A stretch of 64,000 bases of DNA. Source: Octopus sinensis. Taxonomy: Eukaryota. This document shows positions 55,540 through 64,000 of the stretch, piece by piece. Where the stretch lies: contig NC_043012.1 in assembly GCF_006345805.1 (NCBI RefSeq), forward strand, positions 41,230,001-41,294,000, in the 5' to 3' direction. The position numbers were made by a program, and so were the translations under genes. The notes beneath the pieces are model-generated. The model was given only the letters and a program-made list of their open reading frames with translations, was not told the DNA's origin and did not search any database. Position 1 is the first letter of the stretch; every line of letters begins with the position of its first letter.

Positions 55540-56378
55540 GTGGTGGTGGTAGTGTTGGTGGTGGTGGTAGTGGTAGTGGTGGTGGTGGTGGTGGTGGTGG
55601 TGATGGTGGTGGTGGTGGTGGTGGTGGTGGTAGTGGTGGTGGTGGTGGTAGTGGTGGTGGTGGTGGTAGTGGTGGTGGTGGTGGTGGTGGTAGTGGTGGT
55701 GTGGTGGTGGTAGTGGTGGTGGTGGTGGTGGTGGTGGTGGTGGGATGGTGGTGGTGGTAGTGGTGGTGGTGGTAGTGGTTGGTGGTGGTGGTAGTGGTGG
55801 TGGTGGTGGTGGTGGTGATGGTGGTAGTGGTGGTGGTGGTGGTGTGCTGGTGGTGGTGGTGGTGGTGGTGGTGGTGGTGATGGTGGTTGTGGTGGTGGTG
55901 GTGGTGGTGGTGGTGATGTGGTAGTGGTGGTGGTGGTGGTGATGGTGGTGTGGTGTGGTGGTGGTGGTTGGTGGTGGTAGTGGTGGTGGTGGTGGTGGTA
56001 GTGGTGGTGGTGGTGGTGGTGGTGGTGGTGGTGGTGGTGGTGGTGGGTGGTTGGTGTTGTTTTGGTGGTGGTGGTGATGGTGGTGGTGGTGGTGCGGTTG
56101 GTGGTGTGTGGTGGTGGTGGTGGTGGTGGTTGGTGGTGGTAGTGGTAGTGGTGGTGGTGGTGGTGGTGGTGGTGGTGGTGATGTTGGTGGTGGTGGTGGT
56201 GATGGTGGTAGTGGTGGTGGTGGTGGTGATGGTGGTGGTGGTGGTGGTAGTGGTGGTGGTGGTGGTGATGGTGGTGGTGGGGTGGTGGTGGTGTGGTGGT
56301 GGTGGTGATGGTGGTGGTGGTGGTGGTGCGGTGGTGGTGGTGGTGGTGGTGGTGGTGGTGGTGGTGCGGTGGTGGTGA
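55540..56378. repeat. About 840-bp imperfect (GGT)n microsatellite
   Basis: Directly visible; accounts for the poly-P/H/T and poly-V/G ORFs. Confidence 0.97.
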
Positions 56379-56754
56379 GGATATATATATATAGATTTTT
56401 ACATGTACAAATGCTACAAAAGGAATAAAGGCGTTGAAATACTTGCGAAAAACCCCTAAATGTTAGACCCCTAAATGTTAGGCCTTGTGTCACAACTCAA
56501 ACCACAATGATTGTATTTGAAAGATCTGAAAAGTGTGGACAAATGGTTAATTGTCTGGTTGGCATTGATTATGTTAAATTTAATAGAATACGACGAATAG
56601 ACAGTGTTTGAACCTAAATACGGGATTCTATTTTTAAGTCCTATATTCGATGTAGGGCACAGCTAGCAGTGTAGTAAATCAATACAGAAGAAAGCTTAAT
56701 TGTGTAATTAAACTAAGAACAGCAGGGCGTTACGTTTTATAATATAATCATGAA

Positions 56755-56840
<86 letters not shown>

Positions 56841-57298
56841 TGTGTGTGTGTGTGTGTGTGGTGTGAGTGAGTGTGTGTGTGTGTGTGAGTGAGTGTGTGT
56901 GTGTGTGTGTGTGCAAACGTGTTTTGAAGTCAGGGTCTTAGCCCTAATATATTCTGATGTTAAAACAATTTTATTACCACATCGTTATCCTGAGAGTTGT
57001 ATTGTTACAAGTGTTCCAGAAATAAATAAATAAATGTATAAAAAAAACATAAATAAATAAATAAATACATGAATAAATAAATCCACGTCTAGTGTGATGG
57101 TCACCAAACCAGGTTCTATTCCCGGCCTTAGAAGTACTTCATTTTCTTGTAGAATTTTATATTTTTCTGTGCCTTATACTAAGGAAGGACAATCTCCTCA
57201 TGCGCGCGCACACCCCCATCCACGTACATACTACGCTGGTACTTATGCATGCAGTGTATTTATATGTATGTATACATGAACGTATATGTATGTGTGTG

Positions 57299-57678
57299 GG
57301 AGGCGCAATGGCCCAGTGGTTAGGGCAGCGGACTCGCGGTCATAGGATCGCGGTTTCGATTTCCAGGCCGGGCGTTGTGAGTGTTTATTGAGCGAAAACA
57401 TCTAAAGCTCCACGAGGCTCCGGTAGGAGATGGTGGTGATCCCTGCTGTACTCTTTCACCACAACCTTTTCTCACTCTTACTTTCTGTTTCTGTTGTACC
57501 TGTATTTCAAAGGGCCGGCCTTGTCACTCTCTGTGTCACGTTGAATATCCCCGAGAACTAGGTTAAGGGTACACGTGTCTGTGGAGTGCTCAGCCACTTA
57601 CACGTTAATTTCACGAGCAGGCTGTTCCGTTGATTCGTATCAACCGGAACCCCCGTCGTCGTAACCGACGGAGTGCTT
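57299..57678 (+). mobile_element. tRNA-derived SINE, family 3
   Basis: A box TGGCCCAGTGG and B-box-like GGTTTCGATTTCC; the 3' end recurs inverted at about 4058-4152. Confidence 0.75.
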
Positions 57679-59796
57679 CCAGTCCATGTGTGTGCGTTCG
57701 TGCGCGTGCGAGCGTACATGGATGTATGGATGGATGCATGTAATAATGTTTAGAGATAGGATATGTACATATGTATTCCGTGTGTATAAATACCGGAACG
57801 TAAAAATACTTGGGTTGTTTCCAAGGGTGCAGTATACACACTGGAAAGAGGGAGCCACTGGTCTTTCTCAAGGCATTCCTTTAGAAGGTTGACTCGTATA
57901 TCAAACCCATTGCTCTACGGAGCTGGATATCTTCCAATTTGCTGATCAAGGTTTCTTGGCATTGCTAGTGAGAGTTGTTACGGCATTGTGTGCTCAGCCT
58001 AAAATCCTTACCCCGGTATTGCTGACATATTGTTCATCGAGCAGCGAGTAGACAGCGAGTAGACAGCGAGTAGACGCACACAAAGAAAGAGAAGACGAAA
58101 TGTACTGTCAAAAAAATGTATATTACCACAACAATTGTTTCATCTTCACGATGCACTGCACCATTGTGGGCGGGGAACCATGCAATGACACCAAATGCAA
58201 CGCACAGTGCATAGAAGAATCCTCAGGTAGGATAATAAGGTTTTAAGCTAGGAGGTTTACATTTGAGTTTCGCTGTATTGAGAGATTTTAACTGCTAGAC
58301 AGACGCACAGACAAACAGATGCGCACATTCTTACGTTTAAATCAATACAAAGACATACAGACGCATACATTAATAATTATACTCGTGGGTACATGCCAGC
58401 TCACACCACCTGTATGTATGCCAGTCAATCCCGGTGCTGTGTTTACAGAGTGGTAATATTTGAAGACACAATCAATCCGAAAGGTTTTCACAAAGTTACC
58501 TGCAATTCATTTTCATGAACAGTTTAGACAATTGTCTTTATTTCTACCTTGACTGGGGTGTAGAGATTTATACATTTGACCGACAGACCACACTGTGCGA
58601 AGAAACCCTATACCTTGTAATTTAGAAGCAAACTTCTTAATTACTCATTAATACAGTCTTTACAAGCGTCCACAACCATAATTACATTTATATATGTCGG
58701 TGCATGTGAGTTTGTATTATATAGACATTGTGTGTACAAAATGTATACACACACTAAGTGCTAGTAATTCATTTATTTTTCGTTTCTTTTTAGACTCAAC
58801 CCATTAGAAAAACTGAAAGGAGCCAAACCCAGATTTGAACAAAGTGAATGTGTCCTAAATATTTCTTGGAAGAGTAGACACGCAATCGAAGTACAAAAAG
58901 GGTTTAAGAAGAAATTGCAAACCCATCCACCTACGTAGCTTACCATTACTGAAATTAGAGACAAATTTGAAGCAGAGAGAACTGTTCAAAATGACCACAG
59001 TAAATGATATTGAAGACCACGGCCATCGTCTGCATTGAGGGAATTTGCGGCAGATAAATTTCCCTAGCGGTAAGCTATGGCTGCCATGTCCGGATACTTA
59101 AAGTTTCATTTTCATGGACAGAATGAATATTTCTTTCCGCTTCGATTGCTGAAGAGACCCTCTCGAACTCATATAACATGCAGTATCTGATATAGGTCTA
59201 ATCTAAACTCATTTTAAAAGGGTGAAATCAATACGAGTTTGACTTCTATGGCATAAAATAATCTGCAAAGAAAAAAACTAAACATCAGAATATAAAAAAA
59301 AATGATGCTTATTTGGCCCTGAGTATTGAAAAAGTTTCCTCAAAGTTATCGTGTCAAATATGCAACAAGACTTACTCTCCGACCGAATATATCGATAATT
59401 TGTTCTGGTTCATTAAATCATTGATGAGTATTTTTACTAATTCGATATAAAATGGTGTAATTTACTTAAAAACAAATATTATTGTATATGGTAAACATTA
59501 AGCGGTGTCGTATTAATATCGCTGACTAACAATGATTATGTGAAAGGATTAAGTGGAATGCTACTGACATTAACTCCGGCATGTATTTTAAAAGATTTTA
59601 CGTTTCAATAGGACACAGCGGGAAGCACAACAAAGTATGGGGCGGAAAATGGGTTAATTATGCAATTTAATTTAAGAGCTGTAGAAGGTTAACTTGATTC
59701 ACAACGTATGTAAATACACACACTCACAAACATAAATACATACATACACGCACACATATATATAGATACATAATTAGATACATATATACCTATATA

Positions 59797-61331
59797 CAGT
59801 TGCGGCAAAAATGTTCAGAACGGCATTGTTTTCGTCAGCAAAGTAAGGTATAAGTTTTTATCAAAGTTGTTTTATATTCTATAATTTTCGCAGACAATAA
59901 ATACCATATTAATTATTATTGTCTGAGATTTTGGTGTAATTTAAGAGGATAATACAAAAGTTATGGATGGTTTAGTGATTTACTGCAAAACCCATGGCGG
60001 CCAAAATGATCAGAACGGTTGAAAAAATATAATAATAAAAAATGACAGAGAATACTGGAATTATTTAATATTTAGTGTGAAGCCCTTTAGCTTCAATCAC
60101 ACTTTGACATCTTCGATTGCATGAGGAAATTAAATTTTCAATTTCTTGCTTAGTGATCTTATTCCATTCTTCCTGAATGGCATCCCATAATTGCTCGGTA
60201 GTTTTAGGATTTCTGGCTTTCGAACGTTCTCCTAGAATATTCCACACATTTTCAATAGGATTGAGATCTGGGCTTTGAGCAGGCCAATCCATAACAATAA
60301 CGTTTTCAGCCTTGAAGAAGTTCATGACCACCTTAGCCTTGTGACATAGGGCATTGTCCTGCATGAATATGGGTGGTCCCTTTGTTGAATTTCTCAGCAC
60401 AGGTAAGACATGATCTTTTACAAGTTGTTTATAAACTCCTGCATTTACCTTTCCATGTAATCGCACCAAAGGGCCCACACCATCTCCAGATATCCTCCGC
60501 CAAACCATGACACTTCTTCCACCGAATTTAACACTAGTCTTAAGGAATTTAGGCGACAATTTTTCACCTACTTTTCCCATCTGAGCCAAATAGCATAAAC
60601 TTAGATTCATCACTAAAATGCAACGTTTGCCATTTTTCTTGAGACACATGTTCGGTTGCAAAGGTAAGACAACACTTTTTATTCTTGGAGCTGATCAGTG
60701 GCTTCACTGCAGGTGCTCTTGCTTGTAGGTCATGTTCAACTAAACGACGAGACAGTTTTTCGAGATAAAATTTTCTTCAATACAATACTCATTTCCCGAG
60801 AAACAGCAGCAGCAGTTTTAAATCTGTCCTTTTTAACCAACTTTACCATCGCACGATCTTCTCTCTTGGTCGTTTTTCTTGGCCTACCTGTAGACTTTCT
60901 AGCTTCACACGAACCACAATCATTGTAGACCTTAAGAATACCGTGAACAACATTTTTTGACTTGTTAACAATCTTTGCAATAGACCCAATACTTAAATAA
61001 TCCTTCTTTCGAAGCTTAATAATCTGCTGACGAATTGGTAACGGAGTAAGTGGCATTATATTAACAAAGTACACTGCAGATATTCTTACTAATGTTTAAT
61101 AAACGAACCGACACGTAAACAAATTCAAAACATTAGAGTCCGCCGGTTTAATATACTAAAACACGGAGTAAAAGCAACCGTTCTGATCATTTTGGCCGCC
61201 ATGGGTTTTGCAATAAATCACTAAATCATCAATAACTTTTGTATTATTAGAATATAAAACAACTTTGATAAAAAATTATATCTACTTCTCTGACGAAAAC
61301 AATGCCGTTCTGAACATTTTGGCCGCAAATG
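59797..61331 (-). mobile_element. Tc1 IR-DR transposon, copy B (frameshifted transposase, deletion in one TIR)
   Basis: TA flanks; same TIR and DR as copy A; transposase about 61056-60065 with short deletions near 60750, 60645 and 60575. Confidence 0.96.
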
Positions 61332-61352
61332 TATGTGTGTGTGTGTGTCTAT

Positions 61353-61448
<96 letters not shown>

Positions 61449-61772
61449 CTCGAGCTGTTTCTAATGTATATTAGAAATTTTCTGTACCCTGAAACGTTGG
61501 GACATGTCAGCAGATGGCTTTGAAAATTTGCGGCAGGACTTTTTCGATACATGGCTTTGAAGAGTCACAAACAGTAAGGAAACGTCGATGTCTGTCGCCC
61601 GGGAAGGGACATGACCTGAGTTGTCTCGCTTGACTATGACTTACTTTCACGCTTTTTTTTATCAGCAGGCGCAACGAGAATGTATTCTCTTATGTCCTAA
61701 TACGAAGCCGTCCCACGAACTAACAGCAAACACATCTTGTGTATGATTCGATTTTGCATATATACATACATA

Positions 61773-61831
<59 letters not shown>

Positions 61832-62352
61832 GCCACTAAGCTTTTTTTATACTCTCTATGTTTATTTCTCTCGTGTTCCTTTCTGTCGAAGAGCGTAGGC
61901 TCGAAACGCAAAAGACTTTCTTACCTTCCCGAGCGTTAATCTAATACACCTGTTTGTTGTTTACACACCTGTCTTCATTTTTTGTAAATTCTGTAATAAT
62001 AGATATTCTTTTATTAGTTTCTGATTTAATAGGGCTATTTTAGTATTATCTATTAAATTATTGGTTGAAGATTAAAATATATAAGGATAACAAATATTTG
62101 TTTGTTGTAGTTTGATTAATTAATGTTAGTGTTTAATCCTTCCTAGAATTAAGATTGAATGAATGTGGTGATAGCTAAAGTATGTCTGTTCCCAAACAAC
62201 ACTTATTTTAGTACTGTTGACACCGCCGGATTGAATGGTTCTGCCCAGGTGTCGAAACGATAGTGATATCCGTGGGGCAGCTGATGATGGAGGTATGTTG
62301 GATTGTTGGTATGGCTTTTCTTGTATGTGATGAATAGTTTTATAAGACATCC

Positions 62353-62392
<40 letters not shown>

Positions 62393-62807
62393 CCCCGTTG
62401 ACAGGCTGCTGGTATTTATAGAGTATTAAACACTTTCGACATGCAAATTAAGACACTCCTTCTTAGAGTAACTGCTGCATTTGTTGAGTATACAAACAGT
62501 TTGGCTGCTGGTTTCCCTGGAGACTGTCAGAATGATGCAGACGCCTCTGATGAGAACGCAATAAGGTTCGAAAATCGATGAAAGTTGTTCATCATTTTTT
62601 TCAGTCTTCTGTAACTTGGCTAAAATTTGTCCTGTTTCTAATTATACCATGTTACATGTATGTGAGTACAACGTAAGTTTTCCAGTCTAACTCAAAGTAT
62701 TCTTCTTACGAGGTCTTGGGTAACTAAAGCCTACTGCACAAGGTACTTCAAGTAAGAGCGATGTAGCTTGGCAGCAAACTTCATCCCCCGCAGAGACGCT
62801 GCGCCAA

Positions 62808-62929
62808 CATACATACATACAATATACATACATATATACATACATACATACATACATACATACATACATACATACATACGTACGTACATACATACATACA
62901 TACATACATACATACATACATACATGCAT

Positions 62930-62962
<33 letters not shown>

Positions 62963-63150
62963 TACATACATACATACATGCATGCATACATACATGCATA
63001 CATACATACATACATACATACATGCATACATACATAATACATACATACATACATGCATACATACATAATACATACATACATACATACATACATACATACA
63101 TACATGCATACATACATAATACATACATACATACATGCATACATACATAA

Positions 63151-63184
<34 letters not shown>

Positions 63185-63672
63185 CATGCATACATGCATA
63201 CATGCATACAATCATACATACATACATACATACATACATGCATGCATACATACATACATACATACATACATACATACATACATACATACATACACACACA
63301 TACATACATACATACATACATACATACATACATACATACATACATACATGCATACATGCATACATACATACATACATACATGCATACATACATAATACAT
63401 ACATACATACATGCATACATACATAATACATACATACATACATGCATACATACATACATACATACATACATACATGCATACATACATAATACATACATAC
63501 ATACATGCATACATACATAATACATACATACATACATACATACATACATACATACATACATACATACATGCATACATACATAATACATACATACATGCAT
63601 ACATACATAATACATACATACATACATACATACATACATACACACATACATACATACATACATACATACATG
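62808..63672. repeat. (CATA)n microsatellite array, about 860 bp
   Basis: Directly visible; source of the MYVC and HTYI ORFs. Confidence 0.97.
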
Positions 63673-64000
63673 TGTATACGAGTATGTGTGTGTGTGTGTG
63701 TCTGAACTTGAATCTATCTGTTACTGCAGAACAATAGTAAGCTGACATGTTTAAATCAAACGTCAACCGGTGTTCATAAAACGAGGTCACTTTGGATAAT
63801 GTCATGCGAGATGTATTGCTTATGATTAGTGGAAGGGATGGTCTCATTTGGAGGGTCTTCAATCCAAGTTCATGTCAATATGTGCAGAATTATATTCGAC
63901 AGTCCTATACCATCAACAAAAAATCTCTCACTCGCACTAATCCTCTTATTATAGTTAACCTCCTCACACAACACCACCAGCACCACCACCACCACCACCA

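Noticed and set aside
55414-56493. 359-aa Pro/His/Thr-rich ORF
   Set aside because: Translation of an imperfect (ACC)n microsatellite that drifts between frames; no gene structure.
57299-57376. tRNA-like sequence
   Set aside because: It continues into a repeated SINE body and lacks a proper cloverleaf, so it is a SINE head rather than a tRNA gene.
62687-63862. Long MYVC and HTYI ORFs, and similar ones at 11.5, 17.5 and 23.6 kb
   Set aside because: Stop-free (CATA)n arrays, not proteins.

Overview
Eukaryotic, AT-rich, microsatellite-dense genomic DNA. The repeat content and gene style suggest a coleoid cephalopod such as an octopus; this is an inference, not verified. Nearly all long ORFs in the supplied track are translated microsatellites. 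Three intron-containing genes can be read from the sequence. (1) The 3' part of a divergent inter-alpha-trypsin inhibitor heavy chain (ITIH)-like gene on +, with exons 3586-16900 encoding a VWA domain, a GDPHF motif and the ITIH C-terminal domain. (2-3) Two paralogous three-exon genes on - (A about 24950-30490; B about 47820-55365). Each has a TATA box, a short non-coding exon, an 82-nt signal-peptide exon and an exon encoding a basic, cysteine-free propeptide with RxKR/KR sites. I do not recognise this secreted peptide-precursor family. The two genes lie in an old tandem duplication of about 20-23 kb. Mobile DNA includes two IR-DR Tc1 (DD34E) elements, one a single nonsense codon from intact; a Tx1/L1-type LINE inside (TATC)n; Dong/R4-like 3' ends in (TAA)n; Penelope-like remnants in (TA)n carrying minimal hammerhead ribozymes inside long palindromes; Helitron pieces; degraded mariner-like relics; and many tRNA-derived SINEs.
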